DNA of 61,806 bases from Dicyema japonicum (Eukaryota > Animalia > Dicyemida): positions 1,172,877 through 1,234,682 of the forward strand of contig RDEW01000011.1 in the NCBI GenBank assembly GCA_011109175.1, written 5' to 3'. Made by a program: the position numbers and the translations under genes. Every line of letters begins with the position of its first letter. Position 1 is the first letter of the stretch. This document shows, one piece after another, positions 29,662 through 43,560 of this stretch. The notes below the pieces were generated by a model. The model saw only the letters and a list, made by a program, of their open reading frames with translations. It ran no database searches and was not told the DNA's origin.

Positions 29662-30258
29662 CTAATTAAGCGTATTTTGATCCAGATTGTTAGTAATCCC
29701 TCTTCTTCTCTTAGAAGAAGAGTGTGCCATAACCTCCCTGTTACTCCGCATCTCCACATCAGATTCAGTCAAAATATCTCCGTTTGAGTCCAGTGGGCTG
29801 TCCTCACGGCATGCCAGTTCCACAAGTTGGGAGGTAGCAGAGGCATACTCTTCATCGTATACCTTCATCCCATGCTTATGTTCAATGAGCATACTTTCGA
29901 GCGTTCTCTTCAGTACAACCGATTGGATGTAAGTCCTCGTTGATTCTTCAATAGATAATTTATCCATATGATTCTTGAAGCATCTTGAGACAACTCCATC
30001 CCATGTCAAAACCACTGGAATAATCTTCACTTGGCATTCATAGAGCAGCGAAAGTTCATTTGCTAGCAAGTCATATTTATGAAGTTTCTCAACTTCAACT
30101 TGCTTTAGTCGGTCTTGTGAGGTAATCCCCACTTCAATTAAAGTTACTTCCTTCTTTATTTTGTCATACACGAAAATATCAGGTTTATTGTATTGGACTT
30201 TTGTTTCTGTCAAAATCGACGAGTCAACTCTAATTTCGACATTTTGATTCGTCAATAT
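29662..30258 (-). mobile_element. C-terminal restriction-like endonuclease of an RLE-type non-LTR retrotransposon (runs into gap)
   Basis: KPDIFVYD...LIEV...EKLHKYDLLA; 197 codons with no stop. Confidence 0.88.
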
Positions 30259-31034
30259 NNNNNNNNNNNNNNNNNNNNNNNNNNNNNNNNNNNNNNNNNN
30301 NNNNNNNNNNNNNNNNNNNNNNNNNNNNNNNNNNNNNNNNNNNNNNNNNNNNNNNNNNNNNNNNNNNNNNNNNNNNNNNNNNNNNNNNNNNNNNNNNNNN
30401 NNNNNNNNNNNNNNNNNNNNNNNNNNNNNNNNNNNNNNNNNNNNNNNNNNNNNNNNNNNNNNNNNNNNNNNNNNNNNNNNNNNNNNNNNNNNNNNNNNNN
30501 NNNNNNNNNNNNNNNNNNNNNNNNNNNNNNNNNNNNNNNNNNNNNNNNNNNNNNNNNNNNNNNNNNNNNNNNNNNNNNNNNNNNNNNNNNNNNNNNNNNN
30601 NNNNNNNNNNNNNNNNNNNNNNNNNNNNNNNNNNNNNNNNNNNNNNNNNNNNNNNNNNNNNNNNNNNNNNNNNNNNNNNNNNNNNNNNNNNNNNNNNNNN
30701 NNNNNNNNNNNNNNNNNNNNNNNNNNNNNNNNNNNNNNNNNNNNNNNNNNNNNNNNNNNNNNNNNNNNNNNNNNNNNNNNNNNNNNNNNNNNNNNNNNNN
30801 NNNNNNNNNNNNNNNNNNNNNNNNNNNNNNNNNNNNNNNNNNNNNNNNNNNNNNNNNNNNNNNNNNNNNNNNNNNNNNNNNNNNNNNNNNNNNNNNNNNN
30901 NNNNNNNNNNNNNNNNNNNNNNNNNNNNNNNNNNNNNNNNNNNNNNNNNNNNNNNNNNNNNNNNNNNNNNNNNNNNNNNNNNNNNNNNNNNNNNNNNNNN
31001 NNNNNNNNNNNNNNNNNNNNNNNNNNNNNNNNNN
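30259..31034. other. Assembly gap
   Basis: Run of N. Confidence 0.99.
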
Positions 31035-34000
31035 TCGGCTGAATGGGTTCCTGATAATTCTTGCCGGTGACATTGAACTTAATCCAGGCCCTTCACTCAA
31101 TTCTGCAGATAAACATCAACGGAATCAAAAGCAAAATTCTCGAACTACGGTCTTTCATTAAAGAACAGAACATTGACCTGATTTTACTTCAAGAAAGCAG
31201 ACTTACTCCATCATCACCCACCCCGCATTTTCCAGGATACCACTGCATCCGCCTGGACCGCTCAAACCGTCTTGGTGGAGGTCTTCTCATCATTATAAGA
31301 GACAACAATCGATTTACGAACATTTCAGTGAAACTACAATCACTAATAAACGATGGGACCACGGAAATATCTGGAATGTCAATTACAAGTGGATTCGGGA
31401 CTTTCAACATTACAAACATCTACGTTCTCACTTCATCTTCTTGCCCAAAAGGATTCTCACTAAACCTAACCAAACAAAACAAACTCGGAAACCTGATATT
31501 GTGTGGAGATTTTAATGGTAAACATCCAGCCTGGTTAAAATCACAAATTCAAGAGGAGATCCTTACAAGGAAAACGGAAATCCTTATCCTTATTAAACCA
31601 GATCACCTCTCTGACTATCCTCAACAACCCCAGGAAGCACACTAGGACTCCTTAAAAGGAAAACGAAGCATCAACGTACTCAGACATTACCCCAAACCTT
31701 GCACCGGGCAGATCTTTGACGGTNCTAACCAAACTAAACAAGCTCGGAAACCTGATATTGTGTGGAGATTTTAATGGTAAACATCCAGCCTGGTTAAAAT
31801 CACAAATTCAAGAGGAGATCCTTACAAGGAAAACGGAAATCCTTATCCTTATTAAACCAGATCACCTCTCTGACTATCCTCAACAACCCCAGAAAGCACA
31901 CTAGGACTCCTTAAAAGGAAAACGAAGCATCAACGTACTCAGACATTACCCCAAACCTTGCACCGGGTACATTTTGGACGGTGTATTATGGATTATCTTC
32001 CGACCACAATCCAATCATTATTTGAATCAAAAAAGTTCTTCACCACAAAAAAGAGACTGTTACATTTTTCAACTATAAAAAAGCAAACTGGAATGATTAT
32101 TCAAAGTACATCGATCATGCTCTAGTAAACTTTGAATGATGATATTTTCCTCAATAGATGGAGCTATTGACTTCGTCATGGTGAGGAGAACATTCATTCC
32201 GCGCGGATCATTTAAATTCCATAATGAAAAACCCAAATCATTAATAAAAAAAGAAATCGCTTGAAAAGACATGTACCTTTCTTTCCCGAACAGAAAAATC
32301 AAACAAAAACTCTCAATGATGAAATATTTAAAAGGATTAGAAAAGTTGATGTCAACAAATGGGACAAACCAGTATCTTCCATTTCATAAATCTGCTCAGA
32401 TGATATGGAGAGAAATTAAACAATTTGGTCCAAATTGAAATTTCAAAGACAACAGACTGATCAGCACAGTCTTAACAAGCTCATGAATTATTACACCAGT
32501 ATAAGCCACAAACCTTTCAAGAAAATGGATGGGACTTTTTATCCTCAATAATACCGAAAAGAACACAGCCGATTATCTTTATCTCACATTCAGATATCAG
32601 TGAGTTTTTGAAAAGTATGAATTCTAACTTCTCATGTGGGCCTGATTCCATCCCNTGGATGGGCCTTTTTATTCTCAATAAGACCGAAGAGAACACAGAC
32701 GATTAACTTTATCTCACATTCAGATGTCAATGAGGGTTTTAAGAGGATGAATTCTTCCCTCTCATGTGGGCCTGATTATATCCCTGGTAGTTTACTAAAA
32801 CACTTTGGACCTATTGCGATGCAATCATAGTGATTTTCAACTATTCAATAAACATGAATACAATTCCAACTATCTGGAAACTGTCCTATATACGACCAAT
32901 CCTTAAGCCTGGGAAGCCTACGGACAATCCTGCATCATTTCAATCTCTTTACTATGCACTCAAAATTATTGGAAAAACTGATTTTTAATCGTATAACCCC
33001 GTCCCTTCTATTTTCATCCTCACAACATTGATTCAGAAAAGGTTATTCAACTTCTACCCACCTAACTTCCCTCAACCAATTTATCATTGAAGGCTTTACC
33101 ACAAATCCTCGCCATTTCAAAACAGTCGTTTGTTATATCGATTTACAAAAGGCCTTGGACTCTGTCTCAAAAAAAATCTTAACCCGGAAATTGTTTGCTC
33201 TCCCAGTCAACCCCAATATAAACCTTTGGTTTGCTAACTTCATCAATGGAAGAAGGGTCTGGGTATACATGGATGGGAGCAAATCAGTTTCAAGATTACT
33301 ATCCAATGGTGTCCCACAAGGTTCCCCTTTATCACCCCCCTTATTTAACTTATACATGTCCGATTTACCACAACCCGATAATAAGGACGAATTCCTCCAA
33401 TCATTTGCTGATGACCTATTAATCGGATCCCGCGATCAAGATATTCCAAAGGCATCAGAAAGACTACAAGAATACCTTCACAAGATTCAAATTTGGCTAA
33501 ATTATAACCGACTTGATATATCTACTGAAAAATCTTCTTCGTCTTTATTTTCCTCAGACAAACGACTTGGACAAATGAGTTGATATATTTATCAACCAAA
33601 CAAAAATACCTTTCACGAAGAAACTGAAAATCTTGGGGATCACCTTCGACACACACATGTCTTTTTCATCTCACGTTGACGATGTCTCTGGAAGCTGCTC
33701 AAGAAAGCTAGGGATAATCAAAACTATTTTCGGTGGCATTAAAACCTTTTTTCCAGCTTTAAAAGTACAAACAATTCATTGAGCCATCTGTCAGCTATGC
33801 CTGTACGTCAAGGGGAATCAATCTGTCCTGGACAAACAAATAAAGAATTCGGGACATTCAGGCCTTAACAGCCACTACTATTAGTAATCTCGGGAAACTA
33901 GAAAAACTAATACCCTCATCACTTGAAAACCTTATCCAACAAAATAAAAAGGGATTTGCTACCCTGTGCAAGCAGTGCAACTCTCAACAATACACAGCCA

Positions 34001-34200
34001 CAACGTGTCTTATGAGAAGGGTATACAGCACCCCTCTCCAATTACTATTCTCAAAACCATCCCGCCCGCAGAGAAGTAGTGTTGGATCCATAAGGCGCAC
34101 GAGGAGAAAATGAGAATTCAGATTGAGGCCTTCGAGATCACTTAATTAATTTAGTAATTAAATTAACTATTGTTGTTCTTGGGTTAATAATAATAATAAG
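31035..34200 (+). mobile_element. Near full-length decayed APE+RT LINE ORF2
   Basis: GDIELNPGP, LQINING, LQES, GGGLLI, GDFN, GVPQGSPLSP, FADD; (TAA)n tail at ~34185. Confidence 0.93.
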
Positions 34201-35351
34201 TGGCACCATGACTTTTGAGCCCACTATGTAACCTTTAATGACTAATAATGAGTCATGTAAAAGACTCACTGCAGTAAATACTTATCATCTATCATAGACA
34301 TTAATATTTAGAACTGATTCACATAATTGGTTATTGAGCAAATCACAGATTATTATGGCATCATGCGTGTAACCATAATAGCTATAATTCTAACTGTGTG
34401 AAGTCAGCCTTGTACATCACCCACGTTGACGAATAGTAGCAAAGGTCATTCTTCGAACGATGTCTTCACTGTCTTCAAGTAAAGAATCAAGTTTATTCAT
34501 CTTCCTCTATGGTTCATCCGACTTTTTTCCATTCTTCTGATATCGTTTTGGAAACATTAATCGTTATGTACTCCAAGTATATGACAAACATAAAAAAGAG
34601 AGTGAATCCTCTTGAAAAGCACCCACATTATATGTGAATTCTCGATATAGTTTAGCCAATTCAAACTCTTACTTAGTGAAGGTAGTCGTTCGTTTGATCC
34701 TTGATGCGATTTAATATAACCAACCCCAAAACTTTCCGTAGAGTAGGTTTTTTGCAAACATTACATCAATAATTGTTGTTACTTTATCAATTACTATGAG
34801 GGGTCCATATTTTAGAAATTAATGCTTAGTAGGTCGAATTATTTTGAATATTATTTACAGGGGTTCCCGATTTGTTTTTTAACTTTAGATAATTTTATTA
34901 ACATAACAAACCCGTTACTAATTAAACTAATTAAACAGGGTGAAGCCAATGAGTTTGTCCTAGTTGATGGGTCTGGTATAACAAGACACCATCTCTTCAA
35001 AATGAAAACAGAAAAAAGCATTATAAATAAATCGAACAGGGTTGGCTTATTCAAAAATAAGCGACGACATTTGCATTAAATATTAAACAGTCGTATCCGT
35101 CATTGAAAAATATAAAAATACTGCAAGTTGTTCATCATCGACACATAATTGTGGACGGAAGAAAGAACTGTTGAAGCATTTCCTAATGAAGAGTTTTAGT
35201 TTAATTTTGTTTTTCCAGTTAATTACAAAAATAGCTTTTTTAATTGAACCTTTTATTAAACAAAGTTAATAAACGAATCGGAGAATCCTGTAACGAGCGA
35301 AGATAATTTTAAATTTAATAAAAATATTAAAAATGTAAATTTTATTAAAAG

Positions 35352-35802
35352 TTAATCATTATTATACAAATCAAGCAAACCAGGATAACTCGATTTGACT
35401 TTATCAACACAAGCTTTATAAGTCTCGTCAAAATTGGAAGTTTCATCAATTTTTATGAATTCCTCGACAAATCTGAACTAACTAAAAAGTCTACATTTCA
35501 CAGGCAGATTTGGCTTTGTCATCCAACAGGTCAATAGCCTGACAAAGACCGAAATCCCTGTAGAAACGACTAAACTTAATATAATTGTTACATTCTTATA
35601 TCATCGTGGATAAAGTTGATTTTTGGGATTTCCACTATCTTCTTTGGAATTGATCGAGGTTTATAACGAGTACACACGTCGTACCATACTGGAGGCTTGC
35701 TTATAAGATTACTTTTAACCAAACCGTCTATTCTAAGATATAATATACTCCTTCTTACCTCTTAATTAGTGGAGCAGCAATATAATTCCTACTATTAACC
35801 AT
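35352..35802 (-). CDS. MRPS23: Mitochondrial ribosomal protein mS23; introns of 26, 22 and 22 nt (not in the ORF track)
   Basis: Spliced product MVNSRNYIAAPLIKRIDGLVKSNLISKPPVWYDVCTRYKP...DDIRIRFYRDFG...AIDLLD...KSACEIFVEEF matches the mS23 pattern KPLWFDVY...EDRIRAKFY...KSTCQRFVEKY. Confidence 0.85.
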
Positions 35803-36199
35803 ATGTTTTATTATAAATATTTAAATTATTAAATATTAATTAATTGCAAATAATAATGAATATCCTTGTATTTATAAGACATACCAAGTTTCATCTCTGC
35901 AGTTGTCCGCCTCTCACTTCAACTGATTGTTTGTATCGACAGAAATATGTAGAGTTCCAAAGTATCATACTTTTATAAATTTTTATAGTGAAGGATCTGG
36001 AACCTTGGAGGAACACCAAAGATTACTCACATCTTTATTAGTAAACACCCTTAGTTGCTATCTCTTAGTGAATACTTTTATTTTGATTTAAGTATATTTG
36101 CCCATACTTATTTTTGGGTGATTGCGCCATGGGACTTATGTACTGATCTTTCAATGCAAGAGACTCAAACGACCGGTCAAAGAGACACACATTATGTAA

Positions 36200-36800
36200 T
36201 TACATGGTAGAATGGACACTATGGACAGGAGTTTTCCTAATTCTTTATTGTGAGTGCTTGGAACTCCAAATTCAGAATGGGAAAGAGATGTGGACGTTTC
36301 ATTTGAATACATGGAAGAGACATGCTACGCCTTTTACTTATTTCTCTGCAACATTGGATTCCAACATCCTTAATTCATAAAAATACTTTGACTGACTGTC
36401 GACATACGACGACGGGAACCTCGGATGGATTATATAATCTGTCGCATAAAAGACTAATCTCCTTTGTGAGTCGAGGTCTCATCAGGATATGTCCGACACT
36501 CCCTGAGGATTTCTTGCCATCATAAAAAGATATACGAAACACTTTCAATTCTTGCGACAATACCATGCTATTTCTCGTAGATCATACGTGTGTCACCAAG
36601 ACGTAGCAAATTTGTGCGACTGAGAAATGATTTGAAAACAGTTATGAATACGTTTCAGATACGCATATTAGTACGATATGACCATTTTCGGATAGAAGAT
36701 CTCTCGTACTTCAAGAAAAGTTTTGGAAAATACGTTCGGTCTCATTTGTATATTAATCCCATTTTCCATGTTTATAGTTAATATATGTCTTTATACTTCC
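36200..36800 (-). mobile_element. Possible MULE transposase relic
   Basis: Degenerate ACLFH motif resembling MULE CxxH; many stops. Confidence 0.3.
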
Positions 36801-37999
36801 TAGGTTCACACCTGATTAAAGAAATCTGGGAACGATAGCTTGGCCCTCGTCCCGTAGCTACTATCANTTCCACGTTTATAGTTAATATATGTCTTTATAC
36901 TTCTCAGGTTCACACCTGATTAAAGAAATCTTGGAACGATAGCTTGGCCCTCGTCCCGTAGCTACTATCATAAAACTGTTTGGTAGTTGCTTGATAAGGA
37001 AAATAAGTTGGGTCTGTTCTCTACAAATTTAGGGAGTTTTCTCCACGAGGAGGTTACTCACATGAAAACTTTGGATCATTTTGGTGCAACGTCAATTTTT
37101 GAAGTAACATACGACGGGTTTTTGAATTTCAACTCCCATTGAAGCAGTTCTTCACTAAAGGCTTCCAGTAGATAAACTTTGTGTATGCATTGTGTTCATA
37201 TGACTTCTCTAAATTTGGATGAATCTATTGCAACACTCAATACCGATTGGTACAAAAGTTCCTTTCGCCAATCGGATTCCTGTGTAGGAATGAGAGAAGG
37301 CTCTATCGTATTGTAGTGAGGACGATAGAATACCACAGTCGTTGGATGAAGTCATTGATTGCGGAAACTGAAATTACTTAACTTTTTGAAGTTTTCTGTT
37401 TTTCTTTCCATGTGATTCCGGTGTTCTAAATAATATGACAACCCCTCTTTGACATGATTATTTCGTTAATCCTACGATTACGGTTTAATTTCGTTATTCT
37501 TAAAATTTTGAATATTTTTGAATTTCCTGTTTAAACGGATTTCCCTGGCAGTTTATAGAGGAAATAGCCATACAGTCAGGGTCGCCACTATATAACTTTC
37601 CCAAATTAACTTTAAAATTACTATTTTCAATTGGTTTAATAATAATGAACCTGGCCAAGATCTATAACGTTCAATCAAAGGTGGCGAACAATTGAGGAAG
37701 TCTTCATTCAATAAAATCCTGCCGGACGTTTCATTGATTTTTTCGTTTTAGTTATAACGGTGGTTCTGGTTCAATAAATTTAGATAAAGTCGCACAATGG
37801 TAGTGGATGGCTCTGAAAAAGATCTCTGAGAGAGAATCATTCTGTGAAAAACCAGAAAGAGAAACTAAAACAAAAATTGCGCCTGTTAACATAGTGCTGG
37901 ACAGGTGACGAAGTTTCTTGATGATACTGTTTCTCACAGACGAGGTGATAAAAATGAAAAGTTTTGAATAAAACGAGTAGATTAAACTGTCAGATCTCC

Positions 38000-39960
38000 A
38001 TTATTCAAACGTGGACGCTATTAAATGTGCGAACATCCTGTATTTATTTGACACATCTGGATCAATAAGAATAACTCATAAAGGATTGGGTGTCTTCAGA
38101 ACAGAATTTAAAGAGGAACTGGATAATGATTGTTATGTTGACAAAAGTAGAGCTGCTTCCCTTTTGGTTTTGGAAACTACAAAATTGTGGATTTATATGA
38201 AAAGATTTACCAAATCATCTTAAAGAACCTATCTTACTGGGTTGAGGAAGAAGACAAGATGCCTAAAATATTGATAGTAAATGGCCGCTCCTTAAGGAAA
38301 AGGCATAATGAACTAGCATTACTTGTGAGGCCTTCTAGGTCGATTCGATTGAAGCCACTATCGACATTTTTTGTGATTGGAACAAGGACCTATCAAAGTG
38401 AAAAGAAAAAGTTAGTTCTAATTGGATTATATCTGATTCCATGAGGACGTATCTACGATTATATGGGTAGAGGATATTTTCCAAAAACACTAATAATAAT
38501 TTTTCGCCACAAATAGCTATTAAATTGACTCGTGAGAGGACCCGGTTAAGGCGGAAGTACTGACGTAGTATAGACAAATAGATATGGAGGTTATCTCTGA
38601 AAGAAATTCTCTAGGACAGTAATTAATAAAGTATGGAAAGTATTTCGAAAAGGAAATGGATAAAGGAAGCTTCAAAGTCGATGTCAGAAACCTATCATTC
38701 TGGAGGGCTTATAAAAAACTTGTATGTTATAGGACAGGCACGGAAAAAATATTTCTTGAGAACCTTGATGGTGTGATGAAAGAAATTCCGTTTTGTCAAA
38801 GATCATCTGCAAAATATACAATGTGTTGACTCAATAAACCTAATCCCTGATGAAATTTGAAATGATTCGATGGATTTAATCAAATATCGTGAAGATGGCT
38901 TAAGAATCTGGACGAAATAGTTACCATATGGGAAGATAAAACCACGATCAAGAAATGCAAAGCAAACGCGCCGGGGCACGATGATATATGGTCGTGCTCA
39001 AGGAGGGGTCGGATATACTGTTAGATGTTTTAAAAAAAACTGTTTAATGGAAGTCTCAGGCATGGGCTTCATCCACCCTTATGGAAGAGGTTTATAGTGA
39101 GGATGGTCTCCNCTTAAGAATCTGGACGAAATAGTTACCATATGGGAAGATAAAACCACGATCAAGAAATGCAAAGCAAACGCGCCGGGACACGATGATA
39201 TATGGTCGTGCTCAAGGAGGGGCCGGATATACTGTTAGATGTTTTACAAAAAACTGTTTAATTGAAGTCTCAGGCATGGGTTTCATCCACCCTTATAGAA
39301 GAGGTTTATAGTGAGGATGGTCTCCAAGCTAGAGAAACCAAATAGGGACCCTCTGAGTTATATTCTAATCAGTCTTGTATGTTCTATATCGAAGATAATG
39401 GAGAGGATTATATTCAAACGTCTGTGTCGCATATTGAAGAAGTAATTTCTTTTTCCCTCACCAATGGGGCTTTCGTCCAAGGAGATCGTGTGGAGACTGT
39501 CTCTTCCATCTAAATTCGAAAGTCCATAAGTTCATAGATAGCCGAAGGCTGCTGAACCTCGCCTGATTATATTCAATTTGACAGTGTTTGACGCCCAAGC
39601 TCTTCTACCTCAGCTTACGGATATTTCGAAATACCTACTTAGTTGGACGGGCAGGGAGTCTTTCGTGAAAGTTGGAAGAAATGTCTCGAGTGGGATCTCA
39701 GTTATCAGGAAGTCCCACAGGGCTCTGTACTAAGTCCAATATTATTCAATATCCTTATGGCGAGCAAGCATTTTTATGTATATGTAAGCTACATTTTTAT
39801 TTATCTTTTTTGAATAACTCTCCCAAGTTTACTCAACGAATGTGAGGAATGGTTATATCCGCCAAGAAAGACAGAATAATATCCCAACTAGAAAGAACGA
39901 GGAGAGCATCCACAAAATTGGCTTCGGAAAGAAGACTAAGGGATGAAATATCCGGCTGTT
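38000..39960 (+). mobile_element. Decayed LINE (same family as 11.2 kb)
   Basis: APGHDDI, QWGFRPRRSC, VPQGSVLSPILFNI. Confidence 0.75.
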
Positions 39961-39964
39961 CGAG

Positions 39965-40230
39965 CAACAACTTCAGGTCATCGATAAAAAGGTAAGTTGT
40001 ACTGAAACAAAAACTCTCACAATGATCTCAAACTGGTCATTGAGGCGGTGACTCAATGGCTCCAAACAGAGAACAAAGAGCAGTGGAGACATGCTGTCTC
40101 CCTTAAGAATCCCCCTCTTGAGTTTTGCCCAGCCTATTTGGTGCCTATTATAGTTCAGATGAATACTCCACCTATTCATCAAAGCCACTACAGAGCTGAT
40201 GAACCACACTCGTACAATGAAATTCATCTA
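39965..40230 (-). mobile_element. RLE-type non-LTR RT fragment
   Basis: RGILKGDSMSPLLFVLCLEPLS. Confidence 0.8.
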
Positions 40231-40381
40231 ATTCCGATCTGAATTCCTTCCCCCTCTCTCGACTAAATTAGACTTCTAGAACTAAAGTTCAAAATATCAT
40301 AAAAATCAATAAATTATTAAATAAAAAATGATTTATTTAATTATAATAATTTGAGTACTTTTGTGGTTGTATTCAATTTAA

Positions 40382-41960
40382 ATGATTGGAGGGATTTTTC
40401 TTTACAATTTTAAAGGCGAAGTGATCGCAAGCCATCTTTACCGCCGGGACATAAAGTATTAACATTTTATTACTTGTAGACCCATTCATGGTGATATATT
40501 CAAGGCAGCTGTCATTCACTCCCGACATCTCATAAAATCCCCTGTAATCCCTATCCCCGGGGCTACATGTTTCTTTATCAAAGTAACAGGGCACTGGTTG
40601 GTGGCCATTACCTCAGAAAATGCCGATGCCGTTGTCATTTTCCAGTTCCTTCACAATACTTTTGATTTTATGAAGCAATGTGTGAACCCTTTCACTTCGG
40701 AAAAGATCAATTCGAAGATTCACATGATCTCAAACATCTTCTCTGAAATTGGTGACAATGGGGTACCCCAACTAACTGATACAACATCTCTCCTCTCTCT
40801 TCTTAACTACTCAAATATGAAAGTGACGGTATTATACCATATTAACCCCCAAAACATTCCCTCATGTTCGCAATACCCTTAAATTATACCACGTGTTCAC
40901 AATCTCTTATTTACCATGTGGTCTATATAGACTGCACTACATGTTCTAAATAGCCTGTAAATTATATTTGTCAATTAATTTGTTTATTGACTTTTAGAGT
41001 AAAGCAGCCCAGTCGGAGTTAACAGTGCAAGTAACTGGACAGATTGGATGGCGGAAGAATGACATTGTCCATAAGAGACACGAACTATTCTTAGATATTA
41101 ACGAACAGATCCATTGCCTAATGTCTTCTAATGGTTAACCTCCGTTATAAGTGTAGGGGAGGTTTTGACAAGCCACATTACTGGGAGTGTGAAGATGAAG
41201 TCTACACTCAGTGGGATGCCAGAGTGTTCTCTTGGGATTAACGACAAGGTCATCTCCACCAGTTCTGCCTCAGTCATGGGGACTTCGAAGTCAAAGAAGA
41301 CGGTCGCCATTGATGCATGTTCTTTCCATCAGTGTGTGAGGCTCTCCAAGTTTGAGACAGAGCAGTCTATAACGTTTGTTCCCCCTGACGGGTCCTTCGA
41401 GCTTATGAGGTGAGGGTTGAATAATGGCAGTTATCGGACAACCAAGGACATCAGTATTCCCTTTAAACTGACCCCAATTATGCGGGACGTGGCTCCCAAC
41501 TCTGTGGAATGGACTCTTCTGCTCATGTCGAATTTCCCGGCTAAGATCAATGCTAGCAAGATTTCTGTGGTGCTCCCTCTGTCGAAAAATACGGTGAGTG
41601 TGACTTCCAAGGCTACAAAGGGGGTGTCCAAATATAAAAAAGGGGAGAGTAAGATTGTGTGGAAGTAGTTATTTGTTATGAACGTAGAATCCGTAAGATG
41701 GGGGGAATGCAAAAGACACAGATGGTGGCACAGGTGACTACTATGGAAGGTTTTAAGGGGAAGGAGGCTATTAATATACCGATGCACTTTAAGGTTTATG
41801 TGTTGTTATTATTTTGATGAGTGATTTGTCCTCTGGGATGTCAATAAGATATTTTAAATTGTTGGAGCCTAAATTGGGATATTCTGATAGTAGTGTTGCT
41901 AAGTGGGTTATTTATTTTTCTACTAATGGATCGTATGGGGTAAATTTTGTTACTACATAG
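40382..41960 (+). CDS. AP2M1: AP-2 complex subunit mu
   Basis: [65 protein letters not shown]...KWV; 6 introns, one of 169 nt. Confidence 0.95.
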
Positions 41961-42119
41961 TAATTATTGGTTTTCTTTATTAACTTATTGGGAGATTATT
42001 TTTTAGATTATAAGCAATTATCTTATTGTAATTAGGGGAATTGTTATCAATATTAATTGTAATAAACTATGTCAATCTGCACTACACTGATGTTACTATA
42101 TGAATAGATCAAACTTACA

Positions 42120-42640
42120 CAACGACATCCTTGCTACGCAGTAGGCACTTGCTTAATGGCAGCTAGCTGTTTGGGGCATGCAAGTCTACTCACATCCTAC
42201 CGTGCTCTCAAGGTGCTTTTAAACGTCTCTAATATGATTTCTGATTAGCGCTGTCCTTTGAACATTAGGAAATAGGTCCTTCCATAATATCTGAAAAATT
42301 TGGCCTTACTCTCGGACTCGGGTCATGCTTCTAGGCAAGCCGAGAATCAGAAGAGAAAGAAGTACACAAGTATTTCGGAGGATCATATGCTACTCACATT
42401 TGCTGTTGAGACGTCANCTCGGGTTATGTTTCTAAGCAAACCGAGAATCAGAAGTACACAAGTATTTCGGAGGATCATATGCTACTCACATTTGCTGTTG
42501 AGACGTCAGGATCTGGTCCTTCAATTTGGCTCAATTATCAAAAGGGTCACCAAGGAACCGCGTGATAGTGGATGACTTCAAAAGCGTATCTCAATAGCTA
42601 TTGTCAGAGGAAACAACCTAAAGATTCTAGTTCTTCAGAT
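42120..42640 (+). mobile_element. CRE-like non-LTR C-terminal relic
   Basis: FAVETSG, QKRISIAIVRGN. Confidence 0.7.
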
Positions 42641-43560
42641 TAAGTTAGTTAAGCAATCCGGTCTTATTAAATAGGACGCAGCAAAGCCGGTCGTTCCCAT
42701 AGATCGGTCAGACATTGTAGACGAACGTTGTGCTAATTCATATAGCTATTGTCAGAGGAAACAACCTAAAGATTCAAGTTCTTCAGATTAAGTTAGTTAA
42801 GCAATCCGGTCTCATTAAATAGGACGCAGCAAAGCCGGTCGTTCCCATAGATCGGTCAGACATTGTAGACGAACGTTGTGCTAATTCATGACATTTGAAT
42901 AGGTGGTTTGTTGTCAACATGTAGAGGTTGCAAAAGGGACAGAGAACATCATACGTCGGTAGAGAAAAGTAATGCCCACATCGTAGACGAGCCAGGTTTA
43001 CCCGGATGTCCCTCTGAAGAGAGGATTCAGATTGGTCTATTGTCGGAGGGGGTCGTTTTAGTATTTTATTATCATCGAGTCTTTGCTTCTCGTATAAACA
43101 AAATCGTGTATCTAGATTAAGTACTCTTCAACTGTTTAATTTTAATAAACTAATAAATATTTAATTTATTATCATCGAGTCTTTGCTTCTCGTATAAACA
43201 AAATCGTGTATCTAGATTAAGTACTCTTCAACTGTTTAATTTTAATAAACTAATAAATATTTAAATTAAAAAAACTTATTGATGGAAAATTAAAATAAGT
43301 ATACTTGATGAGAATAACCTTTTAAAAACATTAAACCGGGTATTATCTACAGGACAGAGACTTGCTGTCCGAGAAATCAAAAATAAAATTTAACACGTGG
43401 TACTCACAATATTTATTACTTCAAGGAATATTGCATGACATCACAAAAAATATGGTTTGAACCCACATTTTTGTGGTTTCTGTGTTAAACCTGAACCGTA
43501 TTGAAATTATAATCGGCATCATAAATTTTTAATAAATGGCGTCGGCGTGAATGTGGCTAA

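Noticed and set aside
27150-31161. Long ORFs of 282-335 aa in the ORF track
   Set aside because: They are translations of N gaps.
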